From: an uncultured Planctomycetia bacterium
GTDB lineage: Bacteria > Omnitrophota > Gorgyraeia > Tantalellales > Tantalellaceae
Length of the DNA stretch: 64,000 nucleotides
Direction: 5' to 3'
Assembly (NCBI GenBank): GCA_964409365.1
Contig: CAYPCX010000012.1
Span: 178-64,177, forward strand
Part shown: piece after piece, positions 29,065 to 37,785 of the stretch
Position numbering within the stretch: position 1 is the first letter of the stretch
Layout: each line of letters begins with the position of its first letter
Notes under the pieces: model-generated
What the model was told of the DNA's origin: nothing
Database searches by the model: none
The model's input: only the letters and a program-made list of their open reading frames with translations
Program-made: the position numbers and the translations under genes

Positions 29065-30081
29065 TTAGCAGATACGGGGAAGCTGGTCAGATTCGAGCAT
29101 AGGAAGGATACGGGTCGATCCGATGCGGGTTCGGAGGCGGACTTCGCCTTTGTGGCGGGTGGTGGTACGGCCTATCAGACGGGCGCCGGGCCCCATGGCC
29201 TTTTTAACCCTGGATGCGTCTTCTTCGCTGACAAAGCAGACAAATTTCCCTTCATTCGCAACATACAGCGGATCAAAGCCCAGGACGTCGCAGAGTTTCC
29301 CGACGGCGGGCTTCACGGGGATATCCTTTTCAGATATTTCAATACCGATGTTCGATGACCGGGCTATCTCATTAAGCGTAGTGGCGAGTCCCCCTCTTGT
29401 GGGATCGCGCATAACGCTGATCTTTTCCGACGCCTTAAGACATTTTTGTGCTTCAAAATTCACATTTGCGCAGTCGCTTTTTATGGGGGGTTTAAACCCG
29501 AGGTCCTCTCTCGCGTTCAATATTGCCATACCATGCTCGGCTATACCGCCGTTTATAAGCACAAGGTCGCCGCTTTTCGGTTTGACGCCAACGCCCTTTC
29601 CTTTCTCTATCACACCTATGCCTGAAGTGTTGATGAACATCCCGTCACAGGCGCCTTGTTCGACGACCTTGATGTCACCTGTCACGACCTTAACATTTGC
29701 TTCCCGAGCGGCCTGCTTTATCGAGGAAGCGACCCTTCCAAGCACGGAGAACTCAAGCCCTTCTTCCAGGATGAACGCAAGCGACAAATAAAGAGGACGC
29801 GCGCCTTTCATGGATATATCGTTCACGGTCCCGCAAACGGCAAGTTTGCCTATGTCGCCGCCGGGAAAGAAAAGCGGTTTCACCACGTAGGAATCGGTAC
29901 TGAAAGCGAGGCGCTCCGCGTCCACCCTCAGTTCTGCGGCATCCGCCATCTCGTCGAGGATCCTGTTAGAGAACTTCAGACGCATATCCTCGACCAGCTC
30001 ATGCATGAGCTTCCCGCCGTTCCCATGCGCAAGAGTTATTGTCTTCCCTGAGACCTGAGACCTGAGACCTGAGACCTTCAT
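29065..30081 (-). CDS. hypE: hydrogenase maturation protein HypE
   Basis: 338 aa; PurM-like fold motifs, C-terminal conserved ...PRIC; coding N-terminus carries GGTCTCA heptamer repeats. Confidence 0.9.
   Translation of the reverse strand: MKVSGLRSQVSGKTITLAHGNGGKLMHELVEDMRLKFSNRILDEMADAAELRVDAERLAFSTDSYVVKPLFFPGGDIGKLAVCGTVNDISMKGARPLYLSLAFILEEGLEFSVLGRVASSIKQAAREANVKVVTGDIKVVEQGACDGMFINTSGIGVIEKGKGVGVKPKSGDLVLINGGIAEHGMAILNAREDLGFKPPIKSDCANVNFEAQKCLKASEKISVMRDPTRGGLATTLNEIARSSNIGIEISEKDIPVKPAVGKLCDVLGFDPLYVANEGKFVCFVSEEDASRVKKAMGPGARLIGRTTTRHKGEVRLRTRIGSTRILPMLESDQLPRIC
30050..30077. repeat. heptanucleotide tandem repeat GAGACCT x4 inside the first codons of hypE
   Basis: gagacct x4 directly after the ATG; encodes VSGLRSQVSG. 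Confidence 0.85.
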
Positions 30082-31116
30082 TTAACTCCCGTACCTAAAA
30101 TACGCCGCGCACGTGCCTTCGGACGATACCATGCACGGCCCCACCGGATGGCGCGGAGTGCATTTCTTTCCGAAAAGCTTACATTCACGGGGCGTCTTTA
30201 TCCCTTGAAGGACTTTCCCGCACACACATCCTTTCGGCAGAACACTTTTCTTTACTTTGACATTGAACTCTTTCTCCGCGTCAAGATCCTCGTACTTCTT
30301 TTTGATCTTTAGCCCGCTTCTTTCGATCTTTCCTATACCGCGCCAGACGGAATCAGCCTGTTCAAAAACCTTTTTGATAAGTTTTTTGGCTTTTGCGTTC
30401 CCGCTCCTTTTTACGGCTCTTTTGTATTCTACCTCGACACAGGCATAGCCTCTTTTTATCTGTCTTACCAGCCGTGTAACGCCTTTTATGATATCATTGT
30501 CCTCAAAACCCGTTATAACACAAGGTATTACATACTTTTTTACCACGGGCTCATAAGGAGCGCTCCCGGTTATCACGCTCACGTGTCCCGGACAGATAAA
30601 ACCGTTGACCTTGAGTTCCTTTGAGCCGGCTATCGCTTCAAGCGCCGGAAAGATGACCTTGAAACCGGAAAGCACAAAAAAGTTCTTCACTCCACGTTTT
30701 TTGGCTTCGATTATCGTCGCCGCCACCGTAGGAGAAGTGGTCTCAAAACCCACTCCCATGAAGACAACCCTTTTCGAAGGGTTCTTCTCGGCTATTTCCA
30801 AAGCATCCGCCGAGGAATACACCACACGCACATCCGCGCCTTCGGTTTTCATCCGGTCCAAACTTCCCGAACTTCCGGGCACGCGCATCATATCACCGAA
30901 GGTCGTCATGATGACGTTCTCCTCCCCGGCTATCTTCAGGGCCTTGTCTATATCTTCCTGGGAGGTCACGCACACGGGACAACCCGGGCCGGATATAAGC
31001 TCGACTTCTTTGGGTAGGAGCTTTTTTATGCCCGACCTGGCGATAGCCATCGTATGCGTCCCGCAGACCTCCATCAGCTTGATCGTCTTCATAATAGAAA
31101 TATATTCTGGGGACAT
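30082..31116 (-). CDS. hypD: hydrogenase maturation protein HypD
   Basis: 344 aa; CGTHT...GPGCPVC motifs. Confidence 0.9.
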   Translation of the reverse strand: MSPEYISIMKTIKLMEVCGTHTMAIARSGIKKLLPKEVELISGPGCPVCVTSQEDIDKALKIAGEENVIMTTFGDMMRVPGSSGSLDRMKTEGADVRVVYSSADALEIAEKNPSKRVVFMGVGFETTSPTVAATIIEAKKRGVKNFFVLSGFKVIFPALEAIAGSKELKVNGFICPGHVSVITGSAPYEPVVKKYVIPCVITGFEDNDIIKGVTRLVRQIKRGYACVEVEYKRAVKRSGNAKAKKLIKKVFEQADSVWRGIGKIERSGLKIKKKYEDLDAEKEFNVKVKKSVLPKGCVCGKVLQGIKTPRECKLFGKKCTPRHPVGPCMVSSEGTCAAYFRYGS

Positions 31117-31137
31117 TTTTGCGCGCCTACATACCGC

Positions 31138-31398
31138 CTACACAAAAGTGTCCCCAGAACCTCCGTTTACACTCTCGGCGTTTATCACCGCTCTTAATTC
31201 GCCCAGGACCTTCTCCGTGTCTTCCGCCTCTTCCTTTGTGACTTTCCCGATCGCAAAACCGGCGTGCACGAGGACATGGTCGCCCTTCTTTACGCCGGCC
31301 AGGACGCCGAGCGATATCTCCCTTTTCACGCCGCCGAAATCAACGACGGCTTTTTCTCCCAAAATTTTAGTAATCCTCGCTGGAACTGCCAAACACAT
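31138..31398 (-). CDS. hypC: hydrogenase maturation chaperone HypC
   Basis: 86 aa beginning MCLAVP (Cys2). Confidence 0.85.
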   Translation of the reverse strand: MCLAVPARITKILGEKAVVDFGGVKREISLGVLAGVKKGDHVLVHAGFAIGKVTKEEAEDTEKVLGELRAVINAESVNGGSGDTFV

Positions 31399-31482
31399 AG
31401 TATTACCTCATAGTATTATAAACACCCGCCATAAAGAGGTATCTTAATTGCCTTGAGCGGGGCGTCAATGACCGAGCGAGCA

Positions 31483-31572
31483 TGGTGTCCGCGCGAAGCG
31501 CGGACGAGCGAGGGAATTGTCGAGACCGATTCCCTCGCTGGGGAAATCGGTCGTCCCTGCGAGAGGCAGTTA
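31483..31572. repeat. ~90 bp palindromic repeat element, copy 1 (hairpin gtccgcgcgaagcgcggac + gagcgagggaat..attccctcgctgggg + atcggtcgtccctgcgag)
   Basis: ~85% identical to 32684..32771; internal inverted repeats. Confidence 0.8.
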
Positions 31573-32637
31573 AGATACCCAGTGACAAGCCACGAAATAC
31601 TGCCCCATCGCGATATTCAGGTCGTTCACCGGATTTGACCTGTTAATGAAAGTTTGATATCCCGCTCCTATCAAATCCCTGAGCGCTCTTTCCTTCAGGT
31701 ACCCGTTCTGGAACACGCCTCCGCTGAGCGCGATATCCCTTACGCCCGTCTTCTTTGACAATTTCTTCACGACCTCCACGATAATATTCCCCATGGAATT
31801 ATGGAACCTGGCCGCTATGATCTTCTTACTTTTTCCCCTACCCATATCCCGTACCATACCGCGAAAAAGGCCGTCTGTCCCGATCACGCACATACCGTTC
31901 TCCCTGGATATGTCAAAGGGATATGAACCCTCTTCTTTCTTATCGCACATCGCCTCGAGCTTTATCGGACCTTCTGATTCACGTGAAGCATGCGTACAGA
32001 TCCCTAAAAGAGCCGCGGCGGCGTCAAAGAGGCGTCCCGCGCTCGATGTGAGCGGCGAGTTGATCTCTTTTGACATCATTTCTAACACAAGACCTTTTTG
32101 TTTTCTACTGACGCCCTTGACCATCTTCGCCCCGCCGGGACCCAGCACGCTGAGCACCATTCTCCAGGGCTCGGATACTGCTTTATCTCCGCCGGGCATC
32201 ATGCGGTATTTCAGGTGAGCGAGCCGCTTAAAACCCTTTTTGTCCACAAGAAGGAACTCCCCTCCCCATATGTTGCCGTCAGTGCCATAACCGGTACCAT
32301 CGAAGGAAACACCTATAACGGGACCTTTAAGGGAGTATTCCTCCATCACGCTTGCAATATGAGCGTGGTGATGCTGCACGGGAAGTATCGAGTATCGGGT
32401 ATCGAGTATCGAGAGTTCCTTGGCAAACCGTGTGGAAAAATAAGCGGGGTGCAGGTCACATGCTATAACACCGGGGCTTACCTTTCCGGCCGCCTTGCGG
32501 ACTTGGCGCCTAAAGCGCTCATAGTTCTCCGCATCGCCCAGGTCCCCCATCTCGGGGCCGGCTTTAAAGCTCTTCCCCTCCGCGAGAAGAAACCTGTTCT
32601 TTATATCCGCTCCTAATGCGAGTATTGTCTTACTCAT
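31570..32637 (-). CDS. hypF: HypF C-terminal (Kae1/YgjD-like carbamoyltransferase) domain protein; acylphosphatase, Zn-finger and YrdC domains absent
   Basis: 355 aa from ATG 32637; ACDLHPAYFST...VQHHHAHIASV metal-binding motif; ORF-track N-terminal extension is translation of the repeat element. Confidence 0.7.
   Translation of the reverse strand: MSKTILALGADIKNRFLLAEGKSFKAGPEMGDLGDAENYERFRRQVRKAAGKVSPGVIACDLHPAYFSTRFAKELSILDTRYSILPVQHHHAHIASVMEEYSLKGPVIGVSFDGTGYGTDGNIWGGEFLLVDKKGFKRLAHLKYRMMPGGDKAVSEPWRMVLSVLGPGGAKMVKGVSRKQKGLVLEMMSKEINSPLTSSAGRLFDAAAALLGICTHASRESEGPIKLEAMCDKKEEGSYPFDISRENGMCVIGTDGLFRGMVRDMGRGKSKKIIAARFHNSMGNIIVEVVKKLSKKTGVRDIALSGGVFQNGYLKERALRDLIGAGYQTFINRSNPVNDLNIAMGQYFVACHWVS
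32385..32412. repeat. heptanucleotide tandem repeat (GATACTC, minus orientation) x4 embedded in hypF coding sequence
   Basis: gtatcga gtatcgg gtatcga gtatcga; encodes SILDTRYSIL just upstream of the HHHAH motif. Confidence 0.85.
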
Positions 32638-32683
32638 GACTGGTCTACTGGAAATGTTCGAACTGTTCCGAGCGGGCACGGTC

Positions 32684-32771
32684 CCCGAGGGCCAAAGGCC
32701 CGAGGGGGAGCGAGGGAATGACAGAGGCCGATTCCCTCGCTGGGGGGATCGGCCGTCCCTGCGAGGACAGC
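32684..32771. repeat. ~90 bp palindromic repeat element, copy 2 (between truncated hypA and hypF fragment)
   Basis: gagcgagggaatgacagaggccgattccctcgctggggggatcggccgtccctgcgag; preceded by gggccaaaggccc hairpin. Confidence 0.8.
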
Positions 32772-32789
32772 TCAAACATTTGTTGTACA

Positions 32790-33032
32790 TCATTCTATAT
32801 CAAATGACAATACCTGGATTATCGTTCCCGGGAACATGGTTATCTCGAGGTCCGCCCCTTCAAGAAGAGTTCCCTTAGCCAGGACGGAAAAGGTTTCTTT
32901 GAAAGAATCCTCTTTCACACCTGTTAATTCCCCGACCTTGAGTTTCACGTTGGTGACCTTCTTGCCGCCTTCTTTCTCCGTATGCTCGGCTATACCCTTT
33001 ATGATAGGCTCTATAAGATGTGTCTCATGCAT
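32790..33032 (-). CDS. hypA: HypA-like N-terminal fragment (MHE Ni-site retained, Zn-finger CxxC...CxxC missing); probably truncated
   Basis: 80 aa MHETHLIEPI...LEGADLEI aligns to the HypA N-terminal half; no cysteines, stop 18 bp before repeat copy 2; no Zn finger in any downstream frame. Confidence 0.5.
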   Translation of the reverse strand: MHETHLIEPIIKGIAEHTEKEGGKKVTNVKLKVGELTGVKEDSFKETFSVLAKGTLLEGADLEITMFPGTIIQVLSFDIE

Positions 33033-33054
33033 TTTTTGCCTCCTTAAAAATTAA

Positions 33055-33162
33055 ATGGTACGACAAACAGTAACCAGAAACCAGTTTCCAGTCCAGTTAC
33101 TGGTTACCGGTTACTGGTCACTTGTTACTCTATCCTTTTTCCTTTATCCTTGTTACTGTTCA
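33055..33162. repeat. heptamer-periodic repeat block (AACCAGW / GTTACYG / TATCCTT units) between protease gene and hypA, overlapping protease stop
   Basis: gttactg gttaccg gttactg gtcactt gttactc tatcctt tttcctt tatcctt gttactg ttcactg gttactt; includes palindromes aaaccagttt and ccagttactgg. Confidence 0.8.
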
Positions 33163-33617
33163 CTGGTTACTTTTTTAATCGCCGCCACGATCTCTCCAAG
33201 CGCCTTTTTCACGCTATCCGACATCTCTTCCCCGAATGCCACGTTACCCGGCTGCACCGCGAGCATGTAGATATCGGCTTTTGTTTCTTGCTCAAGGTAT
33301 TCAATGGCCATGACCGGTGAAAGGTCATGCGTGGTAAAACCCGACCTCACTATTTCGTCCTTATGCAGTATATCGTATGTCCCCGGGGCGGCATCCATAT
33401 GGACCGCATCGGCTATTATCACGGTATCCGGCTTCTCCCTGGCTATCTTGCCCAGGTAATTTTCCGGGGCGCTGCCGGCATCGATGCATATAAGGTGTCC
33501 TTCACCGGCAAGTATTTCCGCCAGCCGGGGGCCGAAGGCATCATCCCCCTTAAGGATGTTGCCTACACCCAGAAGAACGGTCTTCCCTTTAATAATCTTA
33601 TTAAAGATATTATCCAT
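33153..33617 (-). CDS. hydrogenase maturation endopeptidase (HycI/HybD family)
   Basis: 154 aa; GVGNILKGDDAFG metal-binding motif and conserved downstream H. Confidence 0.85.
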   Translation of the reverse strand: MDNIFNKIIKGKTVLLGVGNILKGDDAFGPRLAEILAGEGHLICIDAGSAPENYLGKIAREKPDTVIIADAVHMDAAPGTYDILHKDEIVRSGFTTHDLSPVMAIEYLEQETKADIYMLAVQPGNVAFGEEMSDSVKKALGEIVAAIKKVTSEQ

Positions 33618-33653
33618 AAAGCAAAGGTGGCGTTTGGAGGTGGCGTTCGCGCT

Positions 33654-34286
33654 CTACTTCTTCGCCGGTTCTTCTTTAGTAGTAAGGGTGGACTCCCGCC
33701 TGCAACGTGCGCATACTATCTTCACCCTGTCGGACCTCCCGTAATCCTTCATAGCGGAAATAATATTTTCATCTACAATACCAAGTTCCTTGAGACGGGT
33801 AAGATACAGGGTGGGGTTGGAGAACGTCAGTTCTCCCAGTCTTTCCGCTATCCATTTCAGGTGGTCCTTGCATGCGATGGGGTCGCCGCAGCATTCACAG
33901 AGCTGGAGTTCTTTTTCTATCGATTCCTCGGCCTCTTTCCTCTCGAAGAAAGAAAGCTCCCAGTCGGTCGAAAGTTTTATGCCTTCCTTGTCGGCCAGGC
34001 AGTTGGCTTCGCACTGGCCGCAAAATATGCATGTATCCGTATAATGTATCATTTTTCTTTTCGGGTCGGCCGGGTCGGTAGAATCCTCAAAAGCCAGGGC
34101 CTCGACCGGGCACACGCTCACGCAAGCCAGGCACCCCACGCACTTTTCTTCGTTATATTTCGGCTGACCCCGAAAGTTCTTATGGGCTACGTGCTCGGCC
34201 TTGGGGAACTTCGAAGTGTATGGCCCTTTAATAAGCGCCTTCACCGCTTCTATGATCTCTCTTATCTTCGGCTTGGGGATCCTCAT
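33654..34286 (-). CDS. NuoI-like 2x[4Fe-4S] ferredoxin subunit of membrane-bound hydrogenase (MbhN/EchF-like)
   Basis: 210 aa; CVGCLACVSVCP and CIFCGQCEANCL, plus extra C-terminal Cys-rich tail. Confidence 0.7.
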   Translation of the reverse strand: MRIPKPKIREIIEAVKALIKGPYTSKFPKAEHVAHKNFRGQPKYNEEKCVGCLACVSVCPVEALAFEDSTDPADPKRKMIHYTDTCIFCGQCEANCLADKEGIKLSTDWELSFFERKEAEESIEKELQLCECCGDPIACKDHLKWIAERLGELTFSNPTLYLTRLKELGIVDENIISAMKDYGRSDRVKIVCARCRRESTLTTKEEPAKK

Positions 34287-34622
34287 CTATTTTTCACCCT
34301 CTTTATCCTCGGCATACCTGTCGATGACGCTTTTCTCCCACAGCTTCACGCCGGCCCTGTGCGCGCCCCTTGCCACCGCATGCGCCGCCACGGGCGCCGT
34401 GAGTAGAATGAATATAATACAGAGAAGCGACTTAAGCCCGGCCGCGGTGAACCCCACGATCATGAACACACCGAAAAGTATGCTGCACGTGCCCAGGGTA
34501 ACGCTCTTCGTGGCGGCCTGCAAGCGGTTATACACATCCGGCAGGCGCACAAGACCTAAGCATCCGAGGAGGTCGAATGCCAGGCCTATGCTCACGAATG
34601 CCAGACCTATGATATCACTCAT
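34287..34622 (-). CDS. Mrp/Mnh antiporter subunit G-like
   Basis: 111 aa, 3 TM; MnhG-like. Confidence 0.65.
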   Translation of the reverse strand: MSDIIGLAFVSIGLAFDLLGCLGLVRLPDVYNRLQAATKSVTLGTCSILFGVFMIVGFTAAGLKSLLCIIFILLTAPVAAHAVARGAHRAGVKLWEKSVIDRYAEDKEGEK

Positions 34623-34983
34623 CGAAATCCTTCCCTTCGAGATATTTCGAAAGCGCCAGCGTACCTATGAAGCTCTGTAGCGCCCAGGCAATGCCTATGT
34701 CTATGTACCACATCCTGCCCGTGGAAATGCTCAGGATGGCGCAAAAACCTATGATCATGATACCGAAAATATCAATAGCAACGATACGGTCCGCCCCAGT
34801 CGGGCCCCTGAATATCCTGAAGAGGCACAGACAGCATGAGAGGACCAATATATAGATCGCCCTTCCCATGAAACCCGTGTAAGGCAGGTCGGGATAGAAA
34901 AGATATGCGAACGGCCTGAAGAGTATTATGAATATTATGACTCCCAGTATCGCCGCCCCTATGATCCACCTTATTATTTTCAT
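34615..34983 (-). CDS. Mrp/Mnh antiporter subunit F-like
   Basis: 122 aa, 3 TM; conserved RGPTxxDR. Confidence 0.65.
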   Translation of the reverse strand: MKIIRWIIGAAILGVIIFIILFRPFAYLFYPDLPYTGFMGRAIYILVLSCCLCLFRIFRGPTGADRIVAIDIFGIMIIGFCAILSISTGRMWYIDIGIAWALQSFIGTLALSKYLEGKDFDE

Positions 34984-34995
34984 CTATCTTGTCCT

Positions 34996-35496
34996 CTATT
35001 CAAATATCTTTTCGAGTATGTGCTCGAACTTGTCCACAATGATCTTAGTGGCTTTCTCAACGTCCTTGTCCTGCACATTGATCCAGTGGATGTAAAGCAC
35101 CCCGTTGTCGGCGTCTATATCCACGCTCATGGTCCCGGGCGTCAAGGTTATAGAATTGGCCAGGAACGTCAACCCCGTATCGGATCTTAATTTAGTTTTC
35201 ACTTTCACTATACCGGGATTTATAGGGAGCGCCGGATGTAGCACGCGGTAAGCCACGTCGATGTTCGCCTTGATACACTCCCACAGGAACTTCGGGAGAT
35301 AATGGGCCACAAAATACCAGTACCTGTGCGGATGACTGAGCATCTGCGTCCTTTTCACGAACATGTCCCCCGTCAGGAGCGCCACGAGAAGCGCCACCGG
35401 GATACCGACCAGAAGGTCCTGCCAGTCCGGCACCCAGTTCAGGAAACACCAGATAATGAAGCCCAGAATGAAGAGGATCGCCCTGCTTTTCATCAT
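34996..35496 (-). CDS. Mrp/Mnh antiporter subunit E-like
   Basis: 166 aa; MnhE-like membrane N-terminus plus soluble C-domain. Confidence 0.65.
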   Translation of the reverse strand: MMKSRAILFILGFIIWCFLNWVPDWQDLLVGIPVALLVALLTGDMFVKRTQMLSHPHRYWYFVAHYLPKFLWECIKANIDVAYRVLHPALPINPGIVKVKTKLRSDTGLTFLANSITLTPGTMSVDIDADNGVLYIHWINVQDKDVEKATKIIVDKFEHILEKIFE

Positions 35497-36998
35497 CCTA
35501 TCTCCTTAAAAACGACCGCGGCGTACTTTACCCCTTCCAGCAGGGTGTCAGCCGCCTTGCTCAGGAACATCTCGTCTATCTTTCCGTAAGCGAGTATGCC
35601 GCCGGCCAAACAAACCAGGGCAAGCGTCGCCATCGAGATCTTCATGAAAAGCGGCACTTCCCTGATCCCGGCCCATTTCTCTTTGAGTTTGTCGAAAAAG
35701 GCATATTTCATGACCTTCATGAAGGACGCCAGAGTGAGCACGCTCGCCACCACGGCCCAGAACGCATATCCGTACCGGCCTGCCTGCACACACGCGATTA
35801 TTATTATCAGCTTGCTCCAGAAACCGTTAAAGGGCGGTATGCCGGCGATCGCCATGGATGCGAAAAGACTGGTCGTCCCCGTAACCGGCATCTTTTGTAT
35901 CAGCCCTCCCATTTCCTTCAGGTCACGCGTATCCGTGGAATATTCTACCGCTCCTGAATTCAAGAAAAGAAGCGATTTAAAGACGGAGTGGTTAAAAAGA
36001 TGGAAAAGCCCCCCCAGTATCCCGAGCGGGGTCCCCAAGCCTATACCGAGTATCACGTACCCTATCTGGCTGATCGAGTGGTACGCTAAAAGACGTTTGA
36101 AATCCCACTGCCCGATAGCCAAAAAGACGCCTATGACCATTGAAAGCGCCCCCAGAAAGAGAAGTATATTGGATACCTCAGGCGTGAACCCCAGTACATT
36201 AAAGAATATCCTGCAGATCGCATAGACACCGAGCGATTTGATAAGCACTCCTGAAAGCATGGCCGATATGGGCGCCGGTGCCGAGGGATGCGCATCAGGC
36301 AGCCATGCATGGAACGGAACGAGCGCCGCCTTGAGGCCGAAACCCATCAGGAAAAGAACCGTCGTCATTATAACTATATCCGCTCCACCCTTCTGGGCCA
36401 GGACCTGGGCCATGTCGGCCATATTCAGCGTAGAAGTATAGCCGTACAGAAATACTATCCCGAGAAGCACGAAAAGCGACCCCACCGAGCTCATTATCGC
36501 ATATTTGAAAGCCGCTTCAAGTTCATGTTTTTCCGTCCCGTACGCGACAAGGGCGTAACTGGCGACCGAAGCGATCTCAAGAAATACGAACAGGTTGAAC
36601 ATGTCGCCGGATATCACTACCCCGTTCATACCCGCGAGCATCAGGAGGAACAGGCAGTAGAACTTCCACTTGGATGTGAACTTCTCCATGTAGTTTATAG
36701 AGAACACCGCTATGGCGAATGCCATAAGGTTCACGGTGACCAGCATGAACGAGGTCATGCCGTCCATCACCATGGCTATACCTATGGGAGGTTTCCACCC
36801 GCCGACCGCGTACACTAAAGTCCCGTAGTCGTTCACCAGTTTGACGGAAAAGATCGAAAGCGCAAAAAGTGTCAGGGTCAGGACGCTTCCCAGGATGTCC
36901 GGTACACCTTTTATCTTCTTGCCGAGAATGGGCATCAAAAAGGCGCCGGCCAGCGGGACGGCCACAAAAAGCGGTATTATATTCTCGGCCGGTATCAT
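35493..36998 (-). CDS. MrpD/NuoM-like proton-conducting antiporter subunit
   Basis: 501 aa, ~14 TM; proton-pumping TM7/TM12 signature region. Confidence 0.8.
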   Translation of the reverse strand: MIPAENIIPLFVAVPLAGAFLMPILGKKIKGVPDILGSVLTLTLFALSIFSVKLVNDYGTLVYAVGGWKPPIGIAMVMDGMTSFMLVTVNLMAFAIAVFSINYMEKFTSKWKFYCLFLLMLAGMNGVVISGDMFNLFVFLEIASVASYALVAYGTEKHELEAAFKYAIMSSVGSLFVLLGIVFLYGYTSTLNMADMAQVLAQKGGADIVIMTTVLFLMGFGLKAALVPFHAWLPDAHPSAPAPISAMLSGVLIKSLGVYAICRIFFNVLGFTPEVSNILLFLGALSMVIGVFLAIGQWDFKRLLAYHSISQIGYVILGIGLGTPLGILGGLFHLFNHSVFKSLLFLNSGAVEYSTDTRDLKEMGGLIQKMPVTGTTSLFASMAIAGIPPFNGFWSKLIIIIACVQAGRYGYAFWAVVASVLTLASFMKVMKYAFFDKLKEKWAGIREVPLFMKISMATLALVCLAGGILAYGKIDEMFLSKAADTLLEGVKYAAVVFKEIG

Positions 36999-37333
36999 CC
37001 TCTTAACTCCCTGATCTTCGTTATATCGAAAGTGCCGTATTTTTCATAAATTCTCATAGCTATACCTACGAGTAAAGCGGTGGTCGCAAGACCGATGACT
37101 ATCGCGGTCAGAACGAGCGCGTGCGGCAGCGGATCGACCATATTAGCGACGTCCTGTGTCTTCGAAAAGATAGGCGCGCGGCCTTCCACCCTGTATGCGG
37201 TCAGGATAAAGAAGAGGTTCACCGCATACTCTATGATGATGACCCCTATGATCAGCTTTATGACGTTGCGCTTCCTCACGACACAGTAGATGCCCACACA
37301 AAAAAGCGCCAGAGTAAGAAGGTAAACTATCAT
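36995..37333 (-). CDS. MrpC/NuoK-like subunit
   Basis: 112 aa, 3 TM with conserved Glu in TM2/TM3 (IIEYAVNLFF). Confidence 0.7.
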   Translation of the reverse strand: MIVYLLTLALFCVGIYCVVRKRNVIKLIIGVIIIEYAVNLFFILTAYRVEGRAPIFSKTQDVANMVDPLPHALVLTAIVIGLATTALLVGIAMRIYEKYGTFDITKIRELRG

Positions 37334-37335
37334 GT

Positions 37336-37785
37336 CTATTTCTTCCCCGTGTCAAATTTTACAAGGACCAGCGCGACGAATATGGCGAAGATACCCGCGC
37401 CGACCTTAAAAGATATCGCTATATTACAGAGCGGTATGATACCCGCGCTGAAAAGATGAAAAGGCTCTCCCTTGTGCAGGAAGTTCAGGAAAAAATACCC
37501 TCCCGTGAGCCCGAGAAGCGATATTGTCAGGAACATGATCGCACCCGTACTCTCCCAGACGGACGCCGCTGACCTTGACAACTTCTTGAAAGCGGCCTCT
37601 TTTCCGTATGCCAGCATGAGATGTATGAAGGAAAGCGCTATGATAACACCCCCTGCGAACCCCCCGCCGGGCGTAAGGTGTCCATGGAGCACTATATACA
37701 TGCCGTAAAGGAAGATGGCCCCGACCGTGAGGCGGGTTATCGTCTTCACTATCAGCGACATGCCTTTACCGTGTTCGTGGCTCAT
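37336..37785 (-). CDS. MrpB (MnhB)-like subunit
   Basis: 149 aa; HLTPGGGFAGG MnhB signature. Confidence 0.7.
   Translation of the reverse strand: MSHEHGKGMSLIVKTITRLTVGAIFLYGMYIVLHGHLTPGGGFAGGVIIALSFIHLMLAYGKEAAFKKLSRSAASVWESTGAIMFLTISLLGLTGGYFFLNFLHKGEPFHLFSAGIIPLCNIAISFKVGAGIFAIFVALVLVKFDTGKK

Noticed and set aside
31403-31638. ORFs 31403..31588 and 31453..31638, and the N-terminal 52 aa of ORF 31570..32793 (…RDGRSPQRGNR…)
   Set aside because: They are translations of the two copies of the 90-bp repeat element; the same peptide appearing twice reflects DNA repetition, not a gene
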